DNA of 35,847 nucleotides, taken from Patescibacteria group bacterium (GTDB lineage Bacteria; Patescibacteriota; Minisyncoccia; Minisyncoccales; UBA10102). The stretch lies in the NCBI GenBank assembly GCA_024239055.1, contig JANBVJ010000001.1, positions 259,277 through 295,123 on the forward strand. The letters are read 5' to 3'. How positions within the stretch are numbered: the first letter of the stretch is position 1; every line of letters begins with the position of its first letter. The translations under genes were made by a program, and so were the position numbers. The notes under the pieces were generated by a model. The model saw nothing but the letters and a program-made list of their open reading frames with translations. It was not told the origin of the DNA and made no database searches. Below, in pieces: positions 9,658-19,509 of this stretch.

Positions 9658-9955
9658 CTTTGTCGACATTTTGCCCTCGTTACCGAGGGGATCGGACTAT
9701 ATCTTCATCCTCTAAAATCTAAGAGGCGTCGGCGTATTAGCTCTACTTAATAAATAGAACTCCGATTCTTACGAATCAAGTCTCTACAGGGTTATAACTT
9801 AATATGCAACAAACTACATACGATTTTTCAATTAAGTTAAACTTCCCACGGTATTGTCCAGATGTATCTGGTAATACATTTCCTGGAGTTCACCGTTATA
9901 AGCCGAATTTTTCTTGATGACATTACTGTCATGGCGCCCCGATGTATATTACATA
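9658..9955 (-). mobile_element. group I intron (298 nt, no ORF) inserted after U2500 (E. coli numbering)
   Basis: Interrupts GGCACCU|CGAUGUCGGC. Exon ends in U and intron ends in G. IGS GGGGCGCC pairs with the 5' exon and ACATCG with the 3' exon. P3 TCGGC/GCCGA; core elements ACGGTGAA, AATACCGTG, GTAGAGACT, GAAGATATAGTCC. Confidence 0.93.
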
Positions 9956-11868
9956 AGGTGCCGAACAGGGCCGTAGATATGGACTCGCGGGCCCTACCAG
10001 CCTGTTATCCCCGGGGTAGCTTTTATCTGATAATCTCCGCGTTTTCTACGAAAACACGTCGGTTCACTAAGTTCTGGTTTCCCAACTGCTCGACATATCC
10101 GTCTCGCAGTAAAGCTAGCTTGTGCCTTTACACTATCTCCACCATTTCCATCGGCGGATAGCTAACCTTTAAACGCCTCCGTTACCTTTTAGGAGGCAAG
10201 CGCCCCACTTAAACTGTCCACCTCCCACTGTCATTCGCTGAGCGAAATTAGTGCTATCTTCGTAAAAGATGGGTGTTTCATTGATGGCTCCACTAAGACC
10301 GAAATCTTAGCTTCAAAGCCTCCCCACTACGCTACGCATCTAAAAAAATAGAACAATGAGAAGCTACAGTAAAGCTCCCGGGGTCTTTCCGTCTAGCCGC
10401 AGGTAACCGGCATCTTCACCGGTATTGCATTTTCACCGAGCACCTCCTCGAGACAGTTCTCCAGTCGTTACGCCTTTCATGCAGGCCTGAACTTACCAGG
10501 CAAGAGATTACGCTACTTTAACACGGTTATAGTTACCGCGGACGTTCACTGGGGCTTCGACCGCTCAGCCTTCAGATAAATCCAAAGACCGGCAGTTTTA
10601 ACACTCCAGCACTGGTCAGGCGTCAGCCCCTATACATACTTTTACAAGTTGAGCAGGGACCTGTGTTTTTGATAAACAGTCGCCAGAGAAACAGTCGCTG
10701 CGGCCCTAATATTAATTAGGGCAGTCCTTATCCCGAAGTTACGGACACTGATTTGCCGAGTTCCTTAAGGAGGTTTCACTCGTTCACCTTAGCATATTTG
10801 CGCTAACCTACCTGTGTTGGTTTGCGGTACGGACTCTTTAAGTTATACGTAATAGAGATTTTCTTGGAAGCGTGCTCGTTCGGATTCCTTCTCCCGTGGG
10901 AAAAGATTTCCACCACACTTGGATTGCTCCTTATGCAGCCGACAGAAATCCAATAATCTGCCCGAAGTACTACACTCCGTCATCTACTACAACACTTAAC
11001 GAGGGGCAGGAATATTAACCTGCTGTCCATCGCTTCAGACCTTTCGGTTCAAAAGCTTAGGCCCGCCTAACCCTTGGATGATCACCATTGCCAAGGAAAC
11101 CTTAGGTTTTCGGTGTGCAGGGCTCTCACCTGCATTGCGGTTACTCATGCCAACATTCTCACTTCTCATCGCTCCACAAGAGGTCACCCTCCAGCTTCAA
11201 CGCAATAAGAACGCTCTCCTACCACTCCTGAGATAAATCTCAGAAATCCTTATCTTCGGTATTTAACTTAAGCCCCGATAAATCTTCGGCGCAAAACCTC
11301 TGAACTAGTAAGCTGTTACGCACTTTTTAAAGGGTAGCTGCTTCTAAGCTAACCTCCTAGCTATCTGAGAAGTTTCACCTCCTTTCTTAGCACTGAGTTA
11401 AAATTTAGGGACCTTAGATGAAGGTCTGGGCTGTTTCCCTTTTGAACATGGAGCTTAGCCCCCACATTCTGACTGACTATGCTAGTCACTCTAGTATTCG
11501 GAGTTTGGTAAGAATACCTAGCTTGCGCCACGAGAATCCTTTCCAGTGCTCTACCCCCAGAGTGTTGTTCATAATCGCTAGCCCTAAAGCTATTTCGGAG
11601 AGAACCAGCTATTACCAAGCTCGATTAGCTTTTCACTTCTTACCACAGCTCATCCCAAGACGTTGAACGGTCTACGGGTTCGGACCTCCCTTTGCCTTTC
11701 GGTAAAGTTCATCCTGGCCATGGCAAGCTCGCTTGGCTTCGGGTCTTCTCCCATCGATTTTAATTCGCCCTATTAAGACTTGGTTTCCCTATGCCTTCGC
11801 GCCGTAAGCGCTTTAGCAACCGATGAGAAAAACTCGTTGGCTCGTTCTGCAAAAAGCACGCCGTCACC

Positions 11869-12054
11869 CCGCATCTTTTTACTCTTTAAGAAAATATAGT
11901 TGCTGAGAGGCATAGATGTTTCACTTCTAGGCCCAACTAGGATTTGACCAGATGAGCAAGCTCATCTCCCCTCAGCGTTTGGCTCCCCACGACTCAAATC
12001 AGGATCGTTTGGGGACCGCAACATAAACAAAACTTAAAGAACAAAAAGATACGG
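11869..12054 (-). other. intervening sequence or expansion in 23S helix 25 (~186 nt)
   Basis: Replaces the short H25 apex; long basal stem CCGTATCTTTTTGTTCTTTAAG/CTTAAAGAGTAAAAAGATGCGG with a branched top. Confidence 0.85.
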
Positions 12055-12115
12055 AGCTCCGACTCCTTGTAGGCAAGATGGTTTCAGGTACTATTTCACC
12101 GCCCTCAACGGGCTA

Positions 12116-12154
<39 letters not shown>

Positions 12155-12757
12155 AATATTAAGTATTTAGCCTTTCCCGGTAGAACGGGATGATTCCCAC
12201 GAGGCTTTCGTTTCTCGAGGTACTCAAGAATAATAACAAGGAGCATGAAAGAATTTTCAAATACGGGGCTATTACCCTCTATGGCGCCACTTTCCAGAGG
12301 CTTCTCTTAATCAACAATCAACTTGTGCTCTCCCTCAGGGGCATTCTTGTGCGTAAACACAAGAGCACTCCCGACGTTATTACCTTACAACCCCCTATAT
12401 TCCTAAAGAAATGATAGGGTTTGGGCTCTTCCCTTTTCGCTCGCCGCTACTAAGGGAATAAACAATTCGTTCTCTTTTCCTCCGCTTACTGAGATGTTTC
12501 ACTTCAGCGGGTTCGCTTCTGAGCTAACGCTCAGACGATGCTGGTTTCCCAGCAACAGGTTTCCCCATTCGGACATCTCCGGATCAAAGGTTGCTAGCCA
12601 CCTCCCCGAAGCTTTTCGCAGACACGCCACGTCCTTCATCGCCTTAATATTCCGAGGCATCCCCCATCTGCCTGTAACCTACAATATACTAACTAACAAT
12701 CGATAACATTCGTTCGATATTCTATATTTATACCTCTTTTAAGGTTCTCACGAGCAA

Positions 12758-12853
12758 CCAAAAAACCGCGTCAGAGCGGTTTCATTTCTTTCACAAAAGA
12801 ATATCAGTCCTTAACCGCTTTGATTACTTTTTTATAATCATCTTGTTACTCAT
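12758..12853 (-). promoter_or_regulatory. putative attenuator in the 23S leader (uORF MSNKMIIKK*, antiterminator, terminator)
   Basis: uORF 12853-12824. AGCGGTT (12819-12813) can pair with AACCGCT, which is also the 5' arm of the AAACCGC-6-GCGGTTTTTT hairpin. Confidence 0.45.
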
Positions 12854-12861
12854 GTAAGTTT

Positions 12862-12890
12862 AGTATATATGAGACAAAGAATGATGTCAA
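12862..12890 (-). promoter_or_regulatory. dedicated 23S-5S promoter
   Basis: TTGACA-17-TATACT. Confidence 0.85.
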
Positions 12891-12906
12891 GGATTAATAT
12901 TTATAG

Positions 12907-13602
12907 CTAATTTGTTATTAAAAATTCACTATTAAAAAGTTCATTTAAGAAGTAACCCGACCATTCTTTATATACATCAGCTTTATGGTTATCTGCGATA
13001 ATATGAAGCAATAATTCAATACATAATGGATTAATTTTTTGAATAATCTTAATATCTTCACCTACATCTTTTTTAAGGTTATATAAACAAAAATCTTTTG
13101 AGAAAGTATCATGCAATTTTACTATATTTTGTACAAATTCAATCTCAGATGCAATTAAATCTGAGCTTTCAAGAAGCTTTGGAACCAATTTCGCTCCTGC
13201 TTGTTCATGTCCCGTAGATTCTGTATTATTTTCTTCATTAATAACATGAAGATATGTGATCCCCTTCTCCTTTTCAACTCCTTTGCCAATATCATGAATA
13301 GCGCTTGCAAGTAATAACAAATCTCCCTTGATATACTTTCCATTTTCATCAACTAACTTATTAAAATATTTCTTATACTTATCTTTTAATTCTAAAGATG
13401 TAATAAAATTAAAATTCAAAAGTTCTTGCATATTAAAAAATACATCTTCCATATGTGAAAGAACATTTTCTGAATCATGATATTCATTATTTTCAATTAA
13501 AGAAGAGAGTCGCTGCATCTCAGGTAATTTAACAACACCATCTATTACTTGAGATAAATCAGAATTAATATCTGAATTTACAATTTCAAAGTTTTTTTTC
13601 AT
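12907..13602 (-). CDS. HD-domain protein (resembles the HD domain of CCA-adding enzymes); start reassigned to MKKNF
   Basis: YH..NVLSH, IHDIGK, GHEQAG, LHD; very AT-rich; TGTTATACT 7 nt upstream of ATG 13602. Confidence 0.8.
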   Translation of the reverse strand: MKKNFEIVNSDINSDLSQVIDGVVKLPEMQRLSSLIENNEYHDSENVLSHMEDVFFNMQELLNFNFITSLELKDKYKKYFNKLVDENGKYIKGDLLLLASAIHDIGKGVEKEKGITYLHVINEENNTESTGHEQAGAKLVPKLLESSDLIASEIEFVQNIVKLHDTFSKDFCLYNLKKDVGEDIKIIQKINPLCIELLLHIIADNHKADVYKEWSGYFLNELFNSEFLITN

Positions 13603-13735
13603 ATATTTAAGTATAACAAAAAATCTAATAAACCATATAGACTTCTTGACAAAATACAAATAATATGTAATGATATGAATCAGATTGTACTTATTGCACC
13701 TAAAAAACTAGTATGCACACGGAGATGATGCATCA

Positions 13736-14239
13736 ATGAATAAGAAAAAAATGGTCCTGATGGCGATTGTAGCCATTGCAGCTATTACTATTGGCACAGG
13801 AATTGCCTTTGCCAGTACACTGGTGACCGACTCGGTAACTATCGACGCCAAAGTTCAAGAGCCGATTGAGATTCTGAACTTCAATCACGAAAATCTTTTC
13901 TCTCCAGGAAAAGATTTCTGGCCTGGAAAGCCAGTAGTGCGATGGACTATGCAACTAAAAAACATAGCCGATGTGCCTTTCAGCGTATTGCCTCGCGTTA
14001 TGAAAAAAGATTCCGAAGGAATCGACATCGTCACGGAGACTTACGCAAACGGTGAGCTTGTCTTAACTCCTTGGGTAGGTACAAGTATTGCCCCAGGAGC
14101 GACAATAACACTCGTTGTTGAAGTCCGCATCAGTCCAACAAGTTCTCCAGGAACAATTGGAGATCTCGTTCTCCAAATAGACCGCTACCTCTCGCCTCCT
14201 GAAGTAGAGGTCGAAGAGAACAAGGGACAGCTCGGCTAG
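13736..14239 (+). CDS. hypothetical exported protein
   Basis: Basic then hydrophobic signal peptide ending AFA; beta-rich body; followed by a terminator. Confidence 0.75.
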   Translation: MNKKKMVLMAIVAIAAITIGTGIAFASTLVTDSVTIDAKVQEPIEILNFNHENLFSPGKDFWPGKPVVRWTMQLKNIADVPFSVLPRVMKKDSEGIDIVTETYANGELVLTPWVGTSIAPGATITLVVEVRISPTSSPGTIGDLVLQIDRYLSPPEVEVEENKGQLG

Positions 14240-14260
14240 TCTGACCAAAAAAATCGAAAT

Positions 14261-14343
14261 CCCCAGAGTATCTACATAGGTATGTCTGGGGTGTTTTTTA
14301 TATAACAAAACTCTGTAGGCATATCACCTACAGAGCATGTTTT
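14261..14343. terminator. pair of convergent terminators
   Basis: CCCCAGA..TCTGGGG followed by a T tract (+); CTCTGTAGG/CCTACAGAG with a T tract on the minus strand. Confidence 0.7.
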
Positions 14344-14361
14344 AGAACAATATTTATTGCT

Positions 14362-15039
14362 CTACCCTCTGAGTTTTCTAATCATATCCTGCAAGAGCAT
14401 AGCTGCCGTATCTTTTCCTCCCAAGCCGAATGCTATTCCACCTGAGATTACAATTAAGGCAACAAGTCCGGTAAAGAGTGTTTGAAGTAATGCTGTAGCT
14501 ACTCCAAGTTGAGTTAACATTGCAATAATTGCAAATATCCAAATGGACCACTTTACCACAGCTCCAACTACTCCTCCGTGAGAAAACTGTGCTGATTCTA
14601 CTGTAGCTCTCATCACCTTCTCTACGATATCGGCAATGATTACTGCTACCGCAAAAATAAGAGCGGCAACAATCACGTTAGGCAAGTAAGCCAATACACT
14701 CTGAAGGAAGATTGCAAATTGGTCTAAACCGAGAATTTCTACTGAAGCAGCTAAGAATACAATAACTAAGACCCATTTTACAATAGATCCAATAAATCCT
14801 GCTGGATCTATTTTCAACTCAGCCTTGTCTAATGCTGACTTCCAGTTTCCCCGTTCAAATATTTGGTTAAAGCGTAGGCGTTTTAATATGTCGGCGATCA
14901 ACTTTCCGAATCCAGCGGAAATTAACCAACCGATAGTAAATACGAGTAGTGCTCCCACCAACTCAGGAATGAAGTTTAAGAAACTCCCCCAGAGATCAAA
15001 CAGGGCGTTCACGGTGACCGCGTACCAGTCAAGTAACAT
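14362..15039 (-). CDS. CmpX/MscS-type TM-helix-repeat membrane protein
   Basis: FIPELVGALL and YLPNVIVAAL repeats, GIAFGLGGKD. Confidence 0.85.
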   Translation of the reverse strand: MLLDWYAVTVNALFDLWGSFLNFIPELVGALLVFTIGWLISAGFGKLIADILKRLRFNQIFERGNWKSALDKAELKIDPAGFIGSIVKWVLVIVFLAASVEILGLDQFAIFLQSVLAYLPNVIVAALIFAVAVIIADIVEKVMRATVESAQFSHGGVVGAVVKWSIWIFAIIAMLTQLGVATALLQTLFTGLVALIVISGGIAFGLGGKDTAAMLLQDMIRKLRG

Positions 15040-15150
15040 ATGTGTTTTGATTATATTTCACTTGTATTAAACCGACCTTTCTGCAAGAGTACCTTTAAAA
15101 TGGTCTCTCAGCATTTCTTCATTATACCAGAATAAAGCAGGTCAAATACC

Positions 15151-15429
15151 TTACTTGTGGATAACTTTTGCGAGGCCCAAAACACTATCTTTGTTAACCC
15201 AACCAAATACTCTACTATCAAGACTTTCTTCCTTATTATCCCCTTTTAACCAATACTTCTTATCTATTTTTTTAATAACGCGCTTAAGTAAAAAACGAGA
15301 AGAAATGGGGTGTCTTATAACAGCAACATCTCCCTCTTTTAAACCAATAAACTTGTTCACGAATACAAAGTCCCCTTCTTTGCAGTAGGGCTCCATGCTT
15401 CGTCCTTGAACTCGAAAGAATAAAATCAT
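15151..15429 (-). CDS. sodX: NiSOD maturation protease (S26 family)
   Basis: GRSMEP catalytic Ser, LKRV Lys, GDN..S.DSR.FG; translationally coupled to sodN. Confidence 0.88.
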   Translation of the reverse strand: MILFFRVQGRSMEPYCKEGDFVFVNKFIGLKEGDVAVIRHPISSRFLLKRVIKKIDKKYWLKGDNKEESLDSRVFGWVNKDSVLGLAKVIHK

Positions 15430-15875
15430 TACTTTGACGAAGCCTTCTCAAACATCTCAGCTATATTCTCTACAGCAGAAAGTAATCCCTTTGCCGTATC
15501 CATACTTACCTCCTGCTTTATTTTTGAACATAACTTAGTAGCTGACCAAAATGTATCATGCAAATCAGGAAATATTTCCAAATGTTCTTTATTAAAGAAA
15601 TCTGTCCAAAGAATAAGTAACTGTTCCTTACAAATCTGAGCATGCTCTTCTTTTGTAGCAACATAGCGAGACATGGAATTTTCATACTCCATCACCACTT
15701 TCTTATCTTTCCAGTCTGGAATCTCTAGTTCTTCAATTAACTCAACCATACGGACAACCGTACGGGCTGCTGTGTGAGCTGGTTCTGAGGTATAAATGCC
15801 ACACGGAATATCACAATGCGCATACACTGTATTAAATGGAATAAGCTTATGGATGAAAGAAATAAAACGATACAT
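15429..15875 (-). CDS. sodN: nickel superoxide dismutase precursor
   Basis: Ni-hook HCDIPCGIY after a leader; LILWTDFF. Confidence 0.95.
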   Translation of the reverse strand: MYRFISFIHKLIPFNTVYAHCDIPCGIYTSEPAHTAARTVVRMVELIEELEIPDWKDKKVVMEYENSMSRYVATKEEHAQICKEQLLILWTDFFNKEHLEIFPDLHDTFWSATKLCSKIKQEVSMDTAKGLLSAVENIAEMFEKASSK

Positions 15876-15887
15876 ACTATTTATATA

Positions 15888-16448
15888 TTACTTATATGTT
15901 GGATGATGTTCCTCACTATGCTTTGTTTTTGCCGCATGACGAGCCATTGCATACAACAAAGAAGACAATCTATTTAAGTAAGCTAAGATTGAAGGCTCCA
16001 ACTTTTTCCTGTGTCGCCTATCTAACTTTACCATAACAACCTCAGCTCTACGAACTACAGAGCGAGCAAAGTCCAACCAAGAGGAAGCTTCATTTGAACC
16101 TGCAATAATAAATCCTTTCTCTGGCTTTACCTTCTTTTCAAATCCATCAATGAGTTTTTCAATTTCCTTAACCTTTTTTAAAGAAAATGGAGGAGCTGTA
16201 AACTTCCTTATCATTAACACTCCTACATGTGCCTGAATAATAAATAGATTCTCCTGTACCTGCTCTAAAATATCTTTATGTCCTTTAGGCAAACTCTGAG
16301 TCTTTACCAATCCCAATAGACTATTAACCTCATCCAAAAATCCAACAGCCTCAATCTCCAAAGAAGTTTTATGTATCTTCTTTCCTTCAATCTCAGAAAC
16401 ACCCTTATCCCCTTTTCCTGTATAAAATAGTCTCTTTAATAAGCTCAT
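15888..16448 (-). CDS. PduO-type ATP:cob(I)alamin adenosyltransferase family protein
   Basis: YTGKGDKG, DEVNS, ARSVVRRAE, YLNRLSS. Confidence 0.9.
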   Translation of the reverse strand: MSLLKRLFYTGKGDKGVSEIEGKKIHKTSLEIEAVGFLDEVNSLLGLVKTQSLPKGHKDILEQVQENLFIIQAHVGVLMIRKFTAPPFSLKKVKEIEKLIDGFEKKVKPEKGFIIAGSNEASSWLDFARSVVRRAEVVMVKLDRRHRKKLEPSILAYLNRLSSLLYAMARHAAKTKHSEEHHPTYK

Positions 16449-16476
16449 ATGATATTAACTTTCTCCACCAGTTTTT

Positions 16477-16962
16477 TTATTTCCCTTGAATTCCTATCAG
16501 TTCTACTTCAAAGTACAATGTTGAATTTGGTGGGATCGCTCCAGGTATTCCTCCAGCTCCATATGCAAGTTCAGGTGCAATAGTAAGATTTCTTACGCCT
16601 CCAATCTGCATTCCAGCTACCCCTTCATCCCAACCCTGAATCACTTGTCCTACTCCCAAAGTAAATGTAAATGGCGTATCCTTTGCTCTTGAAGAATCAA
16701 ATGTAGTTCCATTCTCAAACGTACCAACATAGTGTACCGTAACTTGGTCTCCTGCTTCTGCAGTTGCTCCCTCACCTACTTTTATATCTTCAATTTTAAG
16801 TTTTGTTTCTTGTTCCATATTTTCTTGTGGATTTTCTATAACGACTTGCTGATCTTCTTCTGACTGTTGAGAGGAAAAGAATATAAATCCTCCAACAATA
16901 ACAACAGCTACAATAACTAGTATTAAAACCATACTCAATCCCCTCTCTTTAATATGATGCAT
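16477..16962 (-). CDS. membrane-anchored FKBP-type peptidyl-prolyl isomerase
   Basis: VHYVG, FDSS, VIQGWDEG, IPPNSTL.FEVEL. Confidence 0.95.
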   Translation of the reverse strand: MHHIKERGLSMVLILVIVAVVIVGGFIFFSSQQSEEDQQVVIENPQENMEQETKLKIEDIKVGEGATAEAGDQVTVHYVGTFENGTTFDSSRAKDTPFTFTLGVGQVIQGWDEGVAGMQIGGVRNLTIAPELAYGAGGIPGAIPPNSTLYFEVELIGIQGK

Positions 16963-16999
16963 AGAATAATATGTAATTAATAATTCGTATCTATACTAT

Positions 17000-17122
17000 A
17001 TTCTACCAAAAAACCGCCTTAAAGGCGATCTTTTGCGAAATGTGGACTACATCGGATTCAATTGGAACCAAATAATTCAGGAATTAGGAACCTGGCAGCA
17101 GCTCAGCTCCAATCTTCTCTAA
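17000..17122. repeat. cassette-junction repeat 1
   Basis: TACCAAAAAACCGCC-n5-GGCGAT..GTGGACTACATCGGATTCAATTGGAACCA; plus-strand frame 17042-17122 reads VDYIGFNWNQIIQELGTWQQLSSNLL*. Confidence 0.9.
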
Positions 17123-17650
17123 AAGTAACGGAAAAGTCTGAAATCCTGACTGTGCCTGAAAATGTTCTCCTCCTTTTACTAAAGTTACGTTAACCCCTAG
17201 ATTCTTTGCAAGTTCTTCCGCTCTCCCTAAGGGGATATAAGGGTCGTTATCGGAATGAATTACGGAAAAATGCTTACAATTTTGTTTTATCTTTTTCCAA
17301 TCAAAATCTCTTTCAGCAAAATCATCAAGATTTGGCTCCCCTTCCGCTTTAAGATGTCCTGAAAATCCTGCAACCAAGAAAGTTGCCCGAGCACTTACCT
17401 CCCACTGATTCAAAACATTTAGTATAAATGGTACTCCAAGACTATGACCCACAATAATGGAATCTGATAGGTGTTCTTTCATTGGACGAAGAGTATCCAA
17501 CCAATTCTGAAGAGTCTGTTTATCTTCTTCAATAGGAAACTGTGGTAAGAAAACCTGCAATTCTTTTTCTTCCAGTTTTTCTTTCAACCACGGATACCAA
17601 TGAGTATCTTTACTTCCAGAAGAACCGTGAATAATAAATGCTGTTCTCAT
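17084..17650 (-). CDS. YdeN/RBBP9-family serine hydrolase
   Basis: IIHG..W.PWLK, GHSLG, SDNDPYI, GEHF. Confidence 0.9.
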   Translation of the reverse strand: MRTAFIIHGSSGSKDTHWYPWLKEKLEEKELQVFLPQFPIEEDKQTLQNWLDTLRPMKEHLSDSIIVGHSLGVPFILNVLNQWEVSARATFLVAGFSGHLKAEGEPNLDDFAERDFDWKKIKQNCKHFSVIHSDNDPYIPLGRAEELAKNLGVNVTLVKGGEHFQAQSGFQTFPLLLEKIGAELLPGS

Positions 17651-17662
17651 ACACTTTATGAT

Positions 17663-18238
17663 TCAGTACTCTTCATTTTCTACTTCTTTTGGAAATAATA
17701 ATTGAAATGGATAACCTACATAGTTCCTGTTTATTTTCCCGCAGCCAATATCTTTAAGAAATGCAACCATTTCTTCTGTAATCTTTTTAGGATCTACATT
17801 TTCATCCTTACCTTTGTACTCAATTTCTACAAAATCTCCAAGTCCTTTTATCGTATCTAATGCAATCTCATAATCTTCATGCATCCATGTTTTCCTTAAT
17901 TTATCAACTATAACGATTGATTTAAAATTAAGAACGTCTAGTATCTTCTTTAATTTACTTAAATCCCCTATCTCCGTCTCATATTCGTCAGCATAGTTGC
18001 TTTTTCCATCTTCTTCATAGTGCCAGTTCTTATAATTTATTGAGTATGTACCGCCTGAATCTCTTAGCCGTATCCACTCTTTTATTGGACGAACCTCAAT
18101 AAAATTACGATGAGCCGGAGAAAAATACTCATCTACTTGATGTTTTTCCGATTGAAAGTCAGCATTCTTTTCCAAAAACTCAATGAGTGGTTTACTGTTC
18201 TCAATCCTAACTTGTATTTCAATTTCAATATCAGACAT
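17663..18238 (-). CDS. CYTH-domain (class IV adenylate cyclase-like) protein
   Basis: EIEIQ, Q.DEYF, IRLR, LGDFVEIE. Confidence 0.9.
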   Translation of the reverse strand: MSDIEIEIQVRIENSKPLIEFLEKNADFQSEKHQVDEYFSPAHRNFIEVRPIKEWIRLRDSGGTYSINYKNWHYEEDGKSNYADEYETEIGDLSKLKKILDVLNFKSIVIVDKLRKTWMHEDYEIALDTIKGLGDFVEIEYKGKDENVDPKKITEEMVAFLKDIGCGKINRNYVGYPFQLLFPKEVENEEY

Positions 18239-18245
18239 ATATCTT

Positions 18246-18373
18246 ACTATACCAAAAAACCGCCCTTATGGCGATATTTTGTTTTTGTGGACTACATCGG
18301 ATTTAGTTGGAACCAGATTATAGAGGAATTGTTGGCTTGGAAGGGTTACGCAGACTTAGAGAACAGGACCTAA
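18246..18373. repeat. cassette-junction repeat 2
   Basis: Same module; frame 18287-18373 reads VDYIGFSWNQIIEELLAWKGYADLENRT*. Confidence 0.9.
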
Positions 18374-18393
18374 ATCTTAAACACATTACTGAC

Positions 18394-19017
18394 TCACAAA
18401 TTATCTAATACTGAGGGTAATTCAGATAACCCATCATCCCCACTAAAATGCCCTTTGCCAGTTTCAATTATAATTTTTGCATTGAGTTCCTTCTCAAATA
18501 ACTCTTTATTCTCTTCAAATGGAACAAGAGGATCGTCTTCCGAAAAGATACAAGTGAAGCTTTCTGCGGCGTTCTTTATTCTTCTAAAATCTATAGAAGT
18601 TTCTATCCAGGGTCTTGCAATAGATTTAGATTCTTCATCTGACATCGCTTCTAAAGTAAGAGTCATCCAAGGAGCAACAAGAACGACACTCCCTACTTTA
18701 CTATACGATAAAGATTTTTCTCTATATTTCTTCCCCACAGCCTCAAAATATGGGAGCTTCTGACTAATGGATTCTAAATATCGTAGCACAGTCTGACAAC
18801 CTACGCTGTGTCCAACAAAATGTGTATTTTCATCTGGGTACTTTATTTCATCTTTAAGTAACCCAACCCAGTCCACAATAGTTGGGTTCTCTGGATGGGG
18901 CATTGTAAAAATAGATACCTCAAAATCTCTACTCTCTAATTCCTGTTTTAGCCAAGGAAACCATCCCTCTTCTGGATAGCCATCCCACCCGTGAACAACA
19001 TAAACTCTTTGCTTCAT
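18394..19017 (-). CDS. YdeN/RBBP9-family serine hydrolase (second homolog); start reassigned to MKQRV
   Basis: VHGW..WFPWLK, GHSVG, SEDDPLV, GHF. Confidence 0.9.
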   Translation of the reverse strand: MKQRVYVVHGWDGYPEEGWFPWLKQELESRDFEVSIFTMPHPENPTIVDWVGLLKDEIKYPDENTHFVGHSVGCQTVLRYLESISQKLPYFEAVGKKYREKSLSYSKVGSVVLVAPWMTLTLEAMSDEESKSIARPWIETSIDFRRIKNAAESFTCIFSEDDPLVPFEENKELFEKELNAKIIIETGKGHFSGDDGLSELPSVLDNL

Positions 19018-19025
19018 ATAATCAC

Positions 19026-19133
19026 ACTGTACCAAAAAATCGCCTGCTTGGCGATTCTCTGGTGTTTGTGACCAAATCGGAATCTGTTGGAACCAATTAG
19101 TAAAATCTCTTAAAGAATACGATGAACTAATGT
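19026..19133. repeat. cassette-junction repeat 3 (1-nt deletion in the core)
   Basis: TACCAAAAAATCGCC-n5-GGCGAT..GTGACCAAATCGGAATCTGTTGGAACCA; frame reads DQIGICWNQLVKSLKEYDEL. Confidence 0.85.
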
Positions 19134-19487
19134 CTATTTCTTCACAATGTTGTTCTCAGAATCCTTATGGTCATATTTCACAAGGATTTCATCCTTTACC
19201 ATATTGAATGCCTCCTCGACATCAACATCAAGTTGATTTGCGAGACGGCAGAGTCCAAAAAACAAATCTCCAATACCATCTACAAAAATATCTTTATTCT
19301 GTTTAACAAATTGAATCCTTTCCTCCTCTGATTTATATCTCAGGTGCTGTGACATTTCTATAAGTTCCTCGTGTAAATGATCGAACTTATCAACATTAGG
19401 AATATCTTTCCATGCGTTACGTTCAGCAAAAAACTGCACAAGAGCCTGTGATTCTTTCATTGTCTCTATTGTTTTCTTTACATCCAT
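19134..19487 (-). CDS. MazG-like all-alpha NTP pyrophosphohydrolase
   Basis: FFAERNAW, HLHEELIE, GIGDL...LANQLDVD. Confidence 0.75.
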   Translation of the reverse strand: MDVKKTIETMKESQALVQFFAERNAWKDIPNVDKFDHLHEELIEMSQHLRYKSEEERIQFVKQNKDIFVDGIGDLFFGLCRLANQLDVDVEEAFNMVKDEILVKYDHKDSENNIVKK

Positions 19488-19509
19488 AAAACTATCTTAC
19501 CAAAAAACT

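Noticed and set aside
12320-12380. Extra hairpin in 23S domain I as another intervening sequence
   Set aside because: Small and in a length-variable region; cannot be separated from normal variation by eye.
18110-18373. 87-aa + strand ORF as a full gene
   Set aside because: Its first half is antisense to the CYTH gene and crosses the terminator; only the last 28 codons are conserved among the repeats.
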